Positions 40,410 to 54,350 of a stretch of 64,000 nt of DNA are shown here, in pieces (within the stretch, counting starts at the first letter, position 1; every line of letters starts with the position of its first letter). A program made the position numbers and the translations under genes. The DNA is from the human T2T-CHM13v2.0 reference genome, Homo sapiens, in assembly GCF_009914755.1 (NCBI RefSeq), contig NC_060929.1; one strand, written 5' to 3'. Under the pieces are notes generated by a model. The model was not told where the DNA came from and did not search any database. It saw only the letters and a list, made by a program, of their open reading frames with translations.

Positions 40410-42208
40410 CTTTTTTAGAAAAATATTTTAAGTTTTATTTAAGGTTCAGGTGTACATGTGCAGGTTCGTTACACAGGTAAACTTGTGACTTGGGGGTTTG
40501 GTGTACAGATTATTTTGTTATGCAGGTGCTAAGCATAGTACCCAACAGTTTTTTTTCTTGAACCTCTCCCTCTTCCCAGCCTCCTCCCTCAAGAAGGCCA
40601 CAGTGTTTGTTGTTCCCCTGCTTCTATCCATGTGTTCTCATTATTTAGCTCCCACTTATAAGTGAGAACATGCAGTGTTTTGTTTTCTGTTCCTCCATTA
40701 GTTTGCTAAGGATAAAGGCCTCCAGCTCCACCCATGTTCCTGCAAAGGACATGATCTCATTCTTTTTCATGACTGCATAGTATTCCATGGTGTATATGTA
40801 CCACATTTCATTTATCTGGTCTACCTTTGATGGGCATTTAGGTTGATTCCTTGTCTTTGCTATTGTGAATAGTGCTGCAATGAACATACACATGCATGTA
40901 TCTTAATGGTAGAATGATTTATATACCTTTGGGTATATAACCAGTAGTGGGAATGCTGGGTCGAATGGTAGTTCTGTTTTTAGTTCTTTGAGGAATCGCC
41001 ACACTGCTTTCTACAATGGTTGAACTAATTTGCACTCCCATCAGCAGTGTATAGGCATTCCCTTTTCTCTGCAACCTCACCAGCATCTGTTATTTTTTGA
41101 CTTTTTAACAATAGCCTTTCTGACTAGTGTGAGATGGTATCTCACTCTCGTTTTGATTTGCATTTCTCTAGTGATTACTGATATTGAGTATTTTTTCATA
41201 TGTTTGTTGGCTGCATGTATGTTTTCCTTTGGAAAGTATCTGTTTATGTCCTTTGCCCACTTTTTAATAGGATTGTTTTTTGCTAGATATTTAAGATCCT
41301 TATAGATTCTGGATATTAGACCTTTGTCAGATGCATTGTTTACAAATATTTTCTCCCATTCTGTAGCTTGTCTGCTTACTCTGTTGATAGTTCCTTTTGC
41401 TGTGCAGAAGCGCCTTAGTTTAATTGGGTCCCATTTGTTAATTTTTGCTTTTGTTGCAATTATTTTTGGCATTTTTGTAGTGAAATCTTTACCAGCTCCT
41501 ATGTCCAAAATGGTATCTCTTAGGTTATCTTCCAGGGTTTTTATAGTTATAGGTTTTACAGTTAAGTCTTTAATTCATCTTGAGTTGATCTTTGTATCTC
41601 GTGTAAGGAAGGGGTTCAGTGTCAGTCTTCTGCGTATGGCTAGCCAGTTATCCCAGCACCCTTTATTAAATAGGGAGTCCTTTCCCCATTGCTTATTTTT
41701 ATCAGCTTGTCAAAGGTCAGATGGCTATAGGTGTGTAGCTTTATTTCTGGGCTCTGTATCGATTTCATTGGTCTATGTGTCTGTTTTTGTACCAACATGC
41801 TGTTTTGGTTACTGTAGCCTTGAAGTACAGTTTGAAGTCAGGCAATATAATTCCTCCATCTTTGTTCTTTTTGCTTAGGGTTCCCTTGGTTATTTAAGAT
41901 CTCTTTTCGTTCCATATGAATTTTAGAATAGTTTTTTTCTAGTTCTGTGAAGAATGTCATTGTTTGATAGGAAAAGCATTGAATCTTTAAATTGCTTTGG
42001 GTAGTATGGCCATTTTAACAATATTGATTCTTCCTATCCATGAGCATGGAACGTTTTTCCATTTGTTTGTGTCACGTCTGATTTCTTTGAGCAGTGTTTT
42101 GTAATTCTTATTGCAGAGATCTTTTACCCGCCCTGGTTAGCTGTATTCCTGGGTATTTTATTATATCTGTGGCAATTATGAATGGGACTGCATTCCTGAT
42201 TTTGCTTT
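40410..42208 (-). mobile_element. 5'-truncated L1PA/L1PB
   Basis: ORF 41077-41508 [14 protein letters not shown]...NPIKKWAKD; TSD caggaaataatt at 40398-40409 and 42209-42220. Confidence 0.95.
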
Positions 42209-43197
42209 CAGGAAATAATTTTTAATTATAGTAAAGATCAACCTCTTTTCTGTTTCAAGTCCCTATTCAGGCTTCAGTCAGTTGTAAGAAAGAGGAAACT
42301 GTTTGGTTTGAAGTGTGACCTATCCTGGTGAACACCTCTGGCTCTACTCCCCTGGCTGGCCTGACTGGCTTTCTGTTGTTGATTACCACAAGCCATGCCC
42401 TGACCATTTGAAGGGCTCTCTATGTTTTTTCCTAGCCATGCTTTGGGAGCAGAAATGCTTCTGTGAGAATGTCCGCCCTGGCCTTGACTGCCTGGGCAGA
42501 GGTAGGATAGTACACATTCACTGCTATTTAAAAAATATGACTCTGCCATATGAGGGAGTTTAGAAAGAAAAAGGATATATGGGGAAAAAAAGTAGCTGCT
42601 TAAGAAAATACAGCAAAAGTTAGCTGATCAATAATATTTAAAAGAGCTCACATTTTTTTGAAAAAGAAAAAGCACACATGCAAGATAGCTAAAACATATT
42701 ACATTTCAACTCCATATCTTGTTAGAAACTTTGTTCCTAGCAGGTAATACATGATATAGATGTGAACTCAAAAACAAATGTTTTGGAAAATAGGCAGATG
42801 CATTGGATGGTCTTCAGATTCAGCCAGAATAGTTTTCCCATTCAGACAGGATTAAGAAGTGGGTATTGCTGTGAGCAGACCTACTTGAGGATGAATGAGG
42901 CTCTGGGCCTTAGAAAGTTCTACTATTTCTTGCCAGGTCCCAACTTGGCTGCTTTGTAAGAAGTGGACTTCTGCCTCCTCAGCCTAACCTGAAGAATAGA
43001 ACCAGGTTTGTCTTAAGGAGTTTGGTATATATTCAGGCCCCTCTTGGTACTTTAGATTCTATCTACTTTTTGGTATCTGCATATCTTTTATGACAGGAGA
43101 CTAATTTCTTTTTTGTTATTCACAATTGGAGATATCTTTAAAGACAAGTACCTGGTGAGGAGATAAATAACATTTGCTAAAACTTATTCTTACTCAG

Positions 43198-43340
43198 CCA
43201 GTGATTTTCCAAGTGTGGTCCCTAGACCAACAACACCAGCATCACCTGGGGACTTGTTAGAAATGCAAATTCTTGGGCTCCATCTCAGGCCTCCATAATG
43301 AGAAACCCCAGAGGCCCAGCCTGCTAAAATTTGGGAACAT
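43198..43340. mobile_element. MER5A
   Basis: aagtgtggtccctagaccaacaacaccagcatcacctggggacttgttagaaatgcaaattcttgggc. Confidence 0.85.
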
Positions 43341-43734
43341 ATGAACAATCAAACTAACATTTTCTCAAACCAAACCAAACCAAACCAAACAGTTTTCTCT
43401 TTCTCGCAACTGACTGAAGCCTGAATAGGGACTTGAAACAGAAAAGGAGTTGATCTTTATTAAAATTAAACTGAACAGTCAAATAAACAGATAAGAATAG
43501 TAACTCTTCTACTTCCCAGCCCTCTCATGCTTCCTAGTCCCAACTTGATTGGAGATAAAAGGTAATAGATAAAGCAGAGGAGCTTTGGGGCTAGAGGACA
43601 AAATGTAGAAAGCACAGAAGTAGTGTTAGATGGTGTTCAGTGGGAACCATGTGTGAAGGCACACCTATCCTTGGTTGCTCAGTGGAACAGTGTTGAAGCC
43701 AATGTTGCCATTTGCAATATGCAAATGCATAATT

Positions 43735-43980
43735 TGTTGAATGACTGACTAAGCACTGACAACCTGTGTGCCAAATACAAGAGAAACATGGATGGACCTC
43801 AAGAGTCTACTGGGAGAAACAGGTAAGTAATCAAGCAGTTACCCTTGTAGCTCGTGGGTCAGTGTATCGGATCCTGGGAAAGCCAGATGAAGGACCCATA
43901 ACCCAGACTTGGGGTTCAGGGAAGGGCTTGAGACCTAAAGCATGAGCAGCTGTCAGGTGAAGGGAGTGGGGCTCAGGGTT
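43735..43980 (-). mobile_element. L2 fragment
   Basis: taagcactgacaacctgtgtgcca...ctactgggagaaacagg...ttgagacctaaag. Confidence 0.55.
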
Positions 43981-45115
43981 TAGCTTTCACTGAGTTTTTG
44001 TTCTTAATAAAGAAGCTCTGTTTCCAGATGATTTATTAATCTCTGTCATTGCACGCCGGACATTAAAAAATACCCAAGACATTTCTTAACTTGTCAAGAT
44101 GTGAAATATAATGAGCATAACAAAACAAGTCGGCTCCTGATTTATTTGGGCCCTTGAGGCCTCCAGTTTGGCCAAATAACCTTTCACCTGGCTGTGAACA
44201 CTACATTTTAGATTTGAAGTTACATAGGAAATTACACCCACCAAAGTCACCATATGTGATAAAAAATATTACAGGATCTCTTTGTAAAGAAGTTACAAAT
44301 CATGGTTGCTTTTTTGATAAATGTTTCTAGTAATGAGTGGTAGTATCTTCAATTTATTCAAGGAGAGTTTTGTTGAATGATTTTCTTTGACATTCATTGA
44401 ACATCTACTCCCTGCCAGATGATACTGAGAGATAAACTAATGCCACACGGTCTTGAAAGAAGTCAGTAATTTTTTTTTTAAATTGTGTTATCAATAAGTA
44501 ATAAGGCCCATTCCAAGGCCTTACACATACTAAGAAGGCTTCTGATACACACTAGGCCTTATTGTCATCACTTCCTTCTCATTCTTTCCACATAGCTTCT
44601 TTCGTGGCAATTTTCCCCCAGGAGGGATTTCCCTGCAGTGGACCTCCTCCCCATTGGTACCTTCAGCCATCAGAACACCTCGCTTTAGATCTGTGGGTCC
44701 CAAATTTCATCAAATCCAATGACCATTTCTATGGTAGGTACTTTGCTATATACACCTTTGACTACCTGGAAATGAAATAATTATAACTACTTTCTTTGTA
44801 TGTATCTATTAGATTTCCATTGGTGTATTACATTAATTTTTTAAAATTTTGTGCAAGGAGATTTTCTTTATAAATTTCAGTATGTATAGTAGAATAAAAC
44901 CTCACTAGATTAAGACACAATGAAGTTATGGCACTTTAATATGTTTGTAGACTCACCTTGAATGCTGCAGCTACAAATGCAGATTGAAAATTGTGTTTTT
45001 CTCTAATTGTAACCAGCTTGGTAAAATTCAAACAAAACAATGTATGATAGTCCCTCAATTTATATGGCAGTTGCATTCCTGGAAATTTCAGTGAGTATTA
45101 AAGTCATACACAAAT

Positions 45116-45355
45116 TCTTTCCTTCTTTTTCTTTCTTTCTTTCCTTTTTTTCTTTCGCTCTTTCTTTTCTTTCTCTCTCTTTCTTCCTCCCTTCCTTCTC
45201 TTCTGCCTTCCCTTCTTCCTTCTTTCCTTTCCTTTTCTTCTTTTCCTCCTCCCTCCCTCCTTCCCTTCCTCCATTTCTCCTTCCTTCCCTTCCTTCCTTC
45301 CCTCCTTCCTTCCTTCCTTCCATCCATCTTTCCCTTCTTCCCTTCTTTCTTTCCA
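45116..45355. repeat. CT-rich low-complexity / (CTTC)n(CTTT)n polypyrimidine tract
   Basis: ~240 bp almost purely C/T. Confidence 0.97.
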
Positions 45356-45395
45356 TAAAAGAAAACATAAGCCCTTTGCCTGGGTAATTATAAAC

Positions 45396-45595
45396 AGGTT
45401 TCTCAGCAACATGAATGCTCTTAGAGCATTACAGTTCCCACACAGTTATTCTCTGTTGTGTGGAACCATCCCTTTCAGCACAGGCAGACTAGCATCTCTG
45501 GCCCTTGGCTCACAAAGACTCCCCATAATTTCCAAAATGCCTTCCAGAAGACAGTGAAAACCATCTTCCCCACACACCTTGAAAACCATTATTCT
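45396..45595. mobile_element. hAT-Charlie MITE (MER20-like)
   Basis: caggtttctca / ttgaaaaccat termini. Confidence 0.5.
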
Positions 45596-46017
45596 AGAAC
45601 CTAGATGGATTTTATCTTCCTTTTTCTCAAACCAGGCTTGCAGCTAGCAGCCAAAATAGAAACACCTGAAACTCATTTAACACAAATATCTTTGACTGAC
45701 AACTTTATCTCTTTCTTCCAGGGATAATTTACCTCTTGCTAGAATAAGTGCCTAATATAAGGTAGAAAATTATAGAATTCTAAAATTTAGCAGCAATTTT
45801 GATAAGAAGAATTTTGCCTGCAGAACCTTCCAAGTCGCCTCTTGCCATTTGTTCTACCTACAAAGCACATGTGAGGCCCGGAAGGCGGTTTTTCATGCCT
45901 TTAATAACCATCTGGGCAGCAGCAGGAAGTTACTGACTTCTAGGAAGATGACATAGACCTTAAGCTAAGGCACCTGGGCTAGCTCAAAGAAAGCCAAACT
46001 GTAAACTGTACTTAAAT

Positions 46018-46785
<768 letters not shown>

Positions 46786-47015
46786 GTATCTGTTGTGCTG
46801 GACGTTTTCTAACTTCTTTTATGGAACTTCTGGAATGGTAGCCCATTGTTAATTGATAGTCTTAATCTTGCCCCTTAAGGTAAACATATTTACCTACTTT
46901 TAACATGCATGGACATTACCCAGTTGAATGTATTGTGCATAGTGTACAATTATGTTTGACAAATGAAAATGGAGCAAACTGTGCTTGAGACTACAGGTCA
47001 AGAAGATGAGAAGTG

Positions 47016-47690
47016 TCTGGTCTTGGCCACAGACACAAGACGATGAATAGAAAGTCATCATTTGAAAAGCATTGCAATAAGAAGTAAACGTGCTGCCGCA
47101 GTGGCGCCAAGGCCTACCAACTTCAGAAGTTGATCTGCTGCAAATGCGGCCACACTGACAAGAGCAAGAGAAAGTATAACTTGAGTGCCAGGGCTGAAAG
47201 ATGAAATGCCACCAGTACTGGTCAAATGAAGCACTTAAAAATTGTACACTGCGGCCGGGCACAGTGGCTCATGCCTGTAATCCCAGCAGTTTGGGAGGCT
47301 GAGGCAGGTGGATCACCTAAGGTCAGGAGTTTGAGACTAGCCTGGCCAACATGGTAAAACCCAGTCTGTACTAAAAATACAAAACAATTAGCTGGGTATC
47401 GTGGCGCGCACCTGTAATCCCTGCCACTCATGGGGCTGAGGCACGAGAATTGCTTGAACCTGGGAAGCTGAGGTTACAATGAGCCGAGATTGTGCCACTG
47501 CACTCCAGCCTGGGCAACAGAGTGAGACTCTGTCTCAAAAAATAATAATGATAATTGTACACCTCAGATTCAGGATGAATTCTGTGAAGGAACAACACCT
47601 AAACCCAAGAAGGCAGCTGTTGCAGCATCCAGTTTAGCTTCAGAACGTCAACAATTAGTCATGCAAATAAATGTTCTAGTTTTAAAAAAT
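47016..47690 (+). pseudogene. RPL37: Processed pseudogene of ribosomal protein L37
   Basis: Intronless match to RPL37 mRNA as recalled (aaggcctaccaacttcagaagt, agcaagagaaagtataac, gaaggaacaacacctaaacccaag, gcagctgttgcagcatccag); ATG>ACG at 47040; premature stop; AATAAA 47666; TSD aagatg(ag/ca)aagtg at 47003-47015 and 47965-47977. Confidence 0.93.
47253..47552 (+). mobile_element. Alu (AluSx-like) inserted in the RPL37 pseudogene
   Basis: TSD aattgtacac(tgc/ctc) at 47240-47252 and 47553-47565. Confidence 0.96.
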
Positions 47691-47697
47691 AGAAATA

Positions 47698-47964
47698 ATC
47701 CTGGCTAACATGGTGAAACCCCGTCTCTACTAAAAAATACAAAAAATTAGCCAGGCGTGGTGGTGGGTGCCTGTAGTCCCAGCTACTCAGGAGGCTGAGG
47801 CAGGAGAATGGCGTGAACCTGGGAGGCAGAGCTTGCAGTGAGCCAAGATTGTGCCACTGCCCTCCAGCCTGGGTGAAATAGTGAGACTCCGTCTCAAAAA
47901 ATAATAATAATAATAACTAAATAAACAAATAAAAATAATAAAAATAAAAAAATAAATAAAAAAC
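47698..47964 (+). mobile_element. 5'-truncated AluY in the pseudogene tail
   Basis: Starts at atcctggctaacatgg; AluY diagnostics gaatggcgtgaacc and gagcttgcagtg. Confidence 0.93.
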
Positions 47965-48074
47965 AAGATGCAAAGTGGAGTTAATAGAAAACAGTTCTAG
48001 GAGATTACTGTTAAGACTCAGACTATGCACTGATGTTCAGTCCTTAGTAATTGGTGGCAACCTGGTGGAGAGGG

Positions 48075-48295
48075 AAGACCACAGGCTGTGGAGTTGGACC
48101 TGGGTTTGAAGATTGGCTTTGCATGCCTAGCAGGATGTAAGCTTGGCCCACTGACTTCACTTCTGAGCCTTGTTCTCCATGTCTGTCAAGTGCAGGGGAA
48201 GGGTTAGTGAAATCTATCTTATATTTTTATGGACACTAATGAGATTGGGAATGAAAACGAGATGCCCATAAGCATCAGTGCATCATAGGTACTTG
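48075..48295 (+). mobile_element. MIR
   Basis: ggctgtggagttggacctgggtttgaa...cttctgagcctt...tctgt. Confidence 0.6.
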
Positions 48296-48297
48296 GC

Positions 48298-48411
48298 CAG
48301 TGGTTCTCAAAGTGTGGTTCTCAGACCAGCTGTATCAAGATTGCCTGGGAATTTATAAAGGAATGGAGATTCTCCAGGCCCAGCAATCAGCATACTAAAG
48401 CTTGAGAACTG
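48298..48411. mobile_element. MER5A-like (internally deleted)
   Basis: cagtggttctcaaagtgtgg...aagcttgagaactg. Confidence 0.75.
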
Positions 48412-48800
48412 TGTTAGACTTTCTGGGATCTAACGAAGAAGGCAGGACAGATTTTGTTAGATGTATTACACAAGGGGCAGGCACCTGTGCACAAAAAGAC
48501 CCCACAAAAACACAGAAAAAAAACACAGAAGAGGTGCTTTTTGTTTTGCTCTCTGTGTGATAAGCTAATCTGATAAGTGAGAAGTCCTGTTCTTTCTATA
48601 ACTGGGTAGGTAAGTCTAATTTGGAGGTCAAGTATTGAAGCTCATTGTAGCCACATGTCTAGGCCACCTCCTCCAATTTAGCTTCTATCAATAATAAAGT
48701 TAATATTTTGATCTATTTGTTTGATTCTTGCATTGCATCTACTTTTCAATTTGTTCTGGTACGGGAGAGAAAAGGAGTTCTTTTAAAAATTATACTCTGT

Positions 48801-49139
<339 letters not shown>

Positions 49140-50417
49140 CTAATAATCCCAATTCAGGTATTCCCACCCTCCCTTGTGGTTCCAGAGTTAGTTTGTGTGA
49201 CCAGTGCAATATGTCATTAGACATTAGGTCTCTCTGTCTCTTATAGATCACTCATTCTGGGGGCAGCCCTCTGGCATGTAATGAGCAGTCCTATGGAGAG
49301 GCCCATGTGACAGTAGCCATGCGAGTGACACTGGAAGTGAAACCTGCAGCTCCAGTCAAGCCTTTAGAAGACTGCAGCCCTGACTGACAGCTTGACAGCA
49401 AACTCATGAGAGACTCTCAGCTTGAACAACTCAGCTAAACTGTTCCTGGGTTCCTGGTCCTCAAAAACTGTATGAGATGAAAAAAAAGTTTGTTTTTTTA
49501 AGCTGCCAAGTTTTGGGATAATTTGTTATTCTAATATATTTTTTAATACCTGGAAGTAAGGTGCTACCATAATAAATACCTAAAATGTAGGCACAGCTAG
49601 GAAACTAGACAGTGGAGGTAGCTGGAAAGAATTTAAGAAGCATAGCAGTGAAAGTCTCAGGAGCCTTGAACAAAACATTAGAAAAACTTTGGACTTTGAC
49701 CAGGCTGCTGGTGGAGGTTTAAAAGAAAGTGAGAAAAATCTTGTTGAAAACAGAACAGGGAATCCTTACTATGGAGTGGCATAAATCTTAGCAATATTGT
49801 TGTCTGCAATAATGTGGGTGGTGGGAATGTACCTGGTAAACTGGGTGATCTAATTTGCTATTCATAAAGACATAAAGATTCTCAGCTTTTACAGATGGTG
49901 AAAAATGCTAAATTAAGAAATGGCTGAAGGACAGAGGTCAAATCCTGGGCACCATCATGAAAACATAATCCAAAGATGAAGCTGAGATGTGACTATAAAT
50001 CCTTTGTTATGACCTCAGAAAGATCAAAAGTGGTGCCTCAGAGTACCAGTTTGGTCACACAAAGGCCCTCTAAAGTTTTTAAGGCTGTGACTCACAGATT
50101 CTTTCAAAAACAGGGCTCCTGAGAAGCTTAAGAGCATAGTTTTTCAGCAGAATCACAAGGTGGGAAAGGGATTATCTCAAAAAGATTTTTGGGCGTGACT
50201 TTTGTCTAATGGAATGGACCCCCAAAAATTCATAGGTGATTCACAAATTTTTTAAAAGAATTATATTAGTAGAAACATTGCCAACTAGAACTCAAAGGGA
50301 TAGAGACAGTATGAAATGAAAAAAGGCCTTGGTACTCACTTTGCCCCTGTTTCACTGCAGGTTAAGAAAAAATTTCAGCTGCATACATGTACTAACTTTC
50401 ATGAAAAAGAAAGAATA

Positions 50418-50541
50418 GCTAAGCATGGTGACTCACTCCTGTAACCCCAGCACTTTGGGAGGACAAGGTGGGAAGACCACTTGAGCCCAGGAGTTTGAAT
50501 CAGCCTGGGCAACATAGCAAGACTCTGTCTCTTTTTAAAAA
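50418..50541 (+). mobile_element. Alu monomer (FLAM_C-like)
   Basis: Left arm only: gcatggtgactcactcctgtaac...ttgagcccaggagttt...ctctgtctc. Confidence 0.85.
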
Positions 50542-50741
50542 AGGATGACTCTGAAGGGGAAGCTAAAAGCCTCAGAGAATAACTCATGCGTAGAAATAGG
50601 ACTAAATCCTAAGGCGATTCCAACATTTGCCTGGCTGGATTTCAGAGCTGCTATGGGGACATAGTAGTGTGTCCAGTACCTTTCCTTTTTGAATATTAAT
50701 GCATATAGTGTTTATTCCTGTTCCACCATTGTGTGTTTGGG

Positions 50742-50779
50742 GTGTGTGTGTGTGTGTGTGTGTCTATGTGTGTGCGTGT
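50742..50779. repeat. (TG)n microsatellite
   Basis: gtgtgtgtgt run with interruptions. Confidence 0.95.
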
Positions 50780-52723
50780 TAGTTTCAGATTGAGAGGAAT
50801 TATACCCAAGGAGCTAGAGTTAAGAAATTATACCTAAGGAACCTCTTGTGTACCTGGTCCTGATTTAAATGACAAGACTCTAGACTTTGAGTTGATGCTG
50901 TAATGAGACAAGAATTTTAGAAATGTTGAGATGGAGTGGACGTGTTTTGCATGTTGGAGGGACTTGATTCACTGGAGCCTAGAAGGCAGACTATGGTAGC
51001 CAGCCCTCAAGATTGTCTCCTCCTGGTATTCATACCCTTGTATAATTCCCCTCCCACATTGTACCAGAATTTATCTGTGTGACAGAATATGGCAGAAGTA
51101 ATGATATGTCACTTCTGAGATTAGGTTATAAAAGACATTGTGGCTACCATCTCTCATCACTCACTCAAAGGGAAGCCAACCACCATGCAATGAGAATCTC
51201 AGGTAATGAGGACCTGAGACCTGTTGTCAATCACGTGAATAAGCTTGGGAGGAGATTCTCCAGCCCCAGTCAAGCCTCAGAAGACTTCAGCCCTAGGTGA
51301 CAGCTTGATGATAATCTCGGGAGGCAGAACCACCCAACTAAGCCACTCCTGGATTCCTGACCCTGACCCTGACCCTAGAAACAGTGTGAGGTAATAAACG
51401 TTGTTTTAAGCTCTTAAATTTGGGGGTAAATTTTTAGGCAGCCATCAATAATTAATACACACCTCTAATGTATTTGTACTTACACCACATACCATGGGAT
51501 CTCACAAAAGAGCAATTTTAAAGCTTGCTTGGATAGCCGATATCTTTATTTTCAGAACATATTCTTCATGCATAAAGAAGCAAAGACTCTTTCCTTCAGT
51601 ATAATCCTTTTGATAGAAGCGAAAACTTAAGTCTGGCAGTTTTCCTAATATATGTTTTTCACACTTTTCCTTTATTTTAGGCAATTCTAAATAGACAAAA
51701 TCAACTTGAGAGTGTTCTTGGATTTAATTTAGAAACAACCCCAGTTAAGCTTTTCATAAAACTTTTAAATTGGGCTGGCTTTTATTTTAGGAATATGAAT
51801 GTTCTTGGAATTCTTCCAGATCTCTAAGCAATAATCTTTTACGCAATCCCCTTTATTTTGTTATGAAAAAAGAGCCTAGGTAGTTCTTTTAAGGTTTACT
51901 TTTTTGTAAAGGTATCTTTAAAACATCCAGATGCCTCTAGACATTCAAGATAGAACGAGGCACTCACAACTTCTATCTGCCTATGTTTCATCTATTTTTC
52001 TATGCTGTTGTGTGAATTTTGACGTTTTATTTTGTCAAGAATAGTGGTGAAAAACCAATGAATTTTTAAGTGATTGAGCTCTAACATTTCCTACATTCTC
52101 CTTCCAGAAAGTAAATACACAGTAATTATCATTCATTATTACCTTCTCCATCTGACAACTGCCTTTCACCCCTCAAATTATTGTGCATTTCACATTCTTT
52201 TTTCTACCTAGGACTAATTTGTCCAATCAACCGGACATCTGTTTTTCTTCCCCTTTTTTGAAAACAGGCTGCTTCTATGTTTTCAGGGCCTTCCTTTCTA
52301 GAACATGTAAGAACTTGTTCTCAGACTACTTGTAAGCAAGACACTCTCTGAGGTTACAAGTCTGGAAGCACTTTCTGAGAACAATTAAAAGATCTGTCTG
52401 CCTGTTAGGGCGTTCCATGGGAATGTTACACTCTTTGGAAGAAAGCTTTGTGTAAGCAACAGTCACTTCTACATAGACAATACAAATGTCACTTCATTTA
52501 TTAACATTACGTGTCTAGATGATTGACTGCCCTTGGAAAAATATATATGGAATGAGGCAAGCTTATTAAAACCTAAATAACTCTGAAGATCTCTTACTTG
52601 GTCTGTAAACTTTCTACTCTTATAGCTCATGCATTTTCACAGGAAACAAAAGCCCTTAAAGGCCAAATTTCCACAACAAAACAGTGAATCTTTTCAGGAT
52701 ATAATCCTTCAATTCTTTCCTAA

Positions 52724-53051
<328 letters not shown>

Positions 53052-54149
53052 TAGATAATTTTTAAATCAGGAAATATATGATGGTGATGACCACATGTGA
53101 CACCCCAGCCATGAATAAGTTCTTGGCCTTTCTTTTGACTTTAGCCTCATTCTTCCCCTTATTTTCTTTTTCCTACTTTCTTCACCTACTTCTCTGTTTC
53201 TCCGTTTCCCTTTTCTGAATCACGCCATGATGCCGTAAAGGAATCTCCTTGGGATCTGGTGCTGGATGCAGTCTAGGGGGTGCCCTTTGTCAGAAGAGGC
53301 TGAGTGGAAAGGAAAGTGGCCATAAGCAAGCTGGTCAGTTCCCAGGCAACCAGGGAGGAAAGACAGGGTAGGAATCTGAGGAGCCTCACCAGGGAAGCCC
53401 CAGGCCGTGGGTCCCAGCCTTTTGCCTTGAGCCTCAGGAGAGCTCCCATGAGGAGAGCTAGATCCAAGGCTCCACTTTCCTTTCAGTGCTGTGTTTTTAA
53501 ACTCTCCTCATGTCTGATTAAATGTATATGGGCAGCTATATTGGAGAGGAACTAAAGGGCTCTAGGAGTTTCTCACCAGGTTCCTTTTGCATCTCTTTTC
53601 ACTAGCAGAGGTGTCTGCTATGGGTAGGATTCCCTCTGGGGTTCCCTTTGACCAAGCTTCTGCAGCCAGAAGCACTGAGGAGGGCACTGGGGTGATGGGA
53701 CTGACCCTGAGGCCCTGATCACAGGACTCCTAAGTAGGAGTTCCTCTGAGGAGATATGCTAGGACCTGGTTTATCAAACCAGCAATGGGATATCTGGAAA
53801 AGCCGCTGGGGGGCTGCCAGGACTGCTTCTCAACATACTGTGTGTTAACCTGCATTAACACTGCGCGAAGCAGGAACTTAGAGTTTTCTGAGCTTGGCTC
53901 AGTTTGTGTGTAACAACCAGGCTGAGGTTTCAGGGGTGGCTCCATTTGGGGTTTAACCTGCAGACCAGAGGAGGGAACAATGAAAGACTAGTTGTGTTTC
54001 TGTGTTTCTGTGGTCTGGAAGAGGAGGTGAAGAGAGCGTAGGACAAATCACTGAGTGTTCATGTCAAAATATCTGCAGACTGCTCAGCTTGGTTGCTGTT
54101 GAGCTCCCTAGTTCAGCAGCAGCAGGTCGAGGACCAACACTTATCCTCG

Positions 54150-54350
54150 GATAATAATGACTACTATTTATTCAGTCCTCCCATGTGCTAGATGACATAT
54201 TAGGTGCTTTATGTGTACAACCTTAGCAATCCTTTAAGAGAGGTGATATTCCCATTTGTCAAATTTTAGAAAGCTAGTTAGACAGTCCAGAGAAGATTAG
54301 TGGTTTGTTCAATGTTAGGCTTCCAATAAGTGGCCAAAATTTTAACTTTG
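54150..54350 (-). mobile_element. MIR
   Basis: ataataatgactactatttatt...atgtgctag...taggtgctttat. Confidence 0.6.

Noticed and set aside
45040-45412. Four ORFs rich in F/S/L/P or K/R/E/G
   Set aside because: Translations of the CT-rich simple repeat.
51355-51377. (CCCTGA)n telomere-variant-like repeat
   Set aside because: Only 3-4 units; a slippage expansion of the cctga motif in the MLT1 LTR, not an interstitial telomere.
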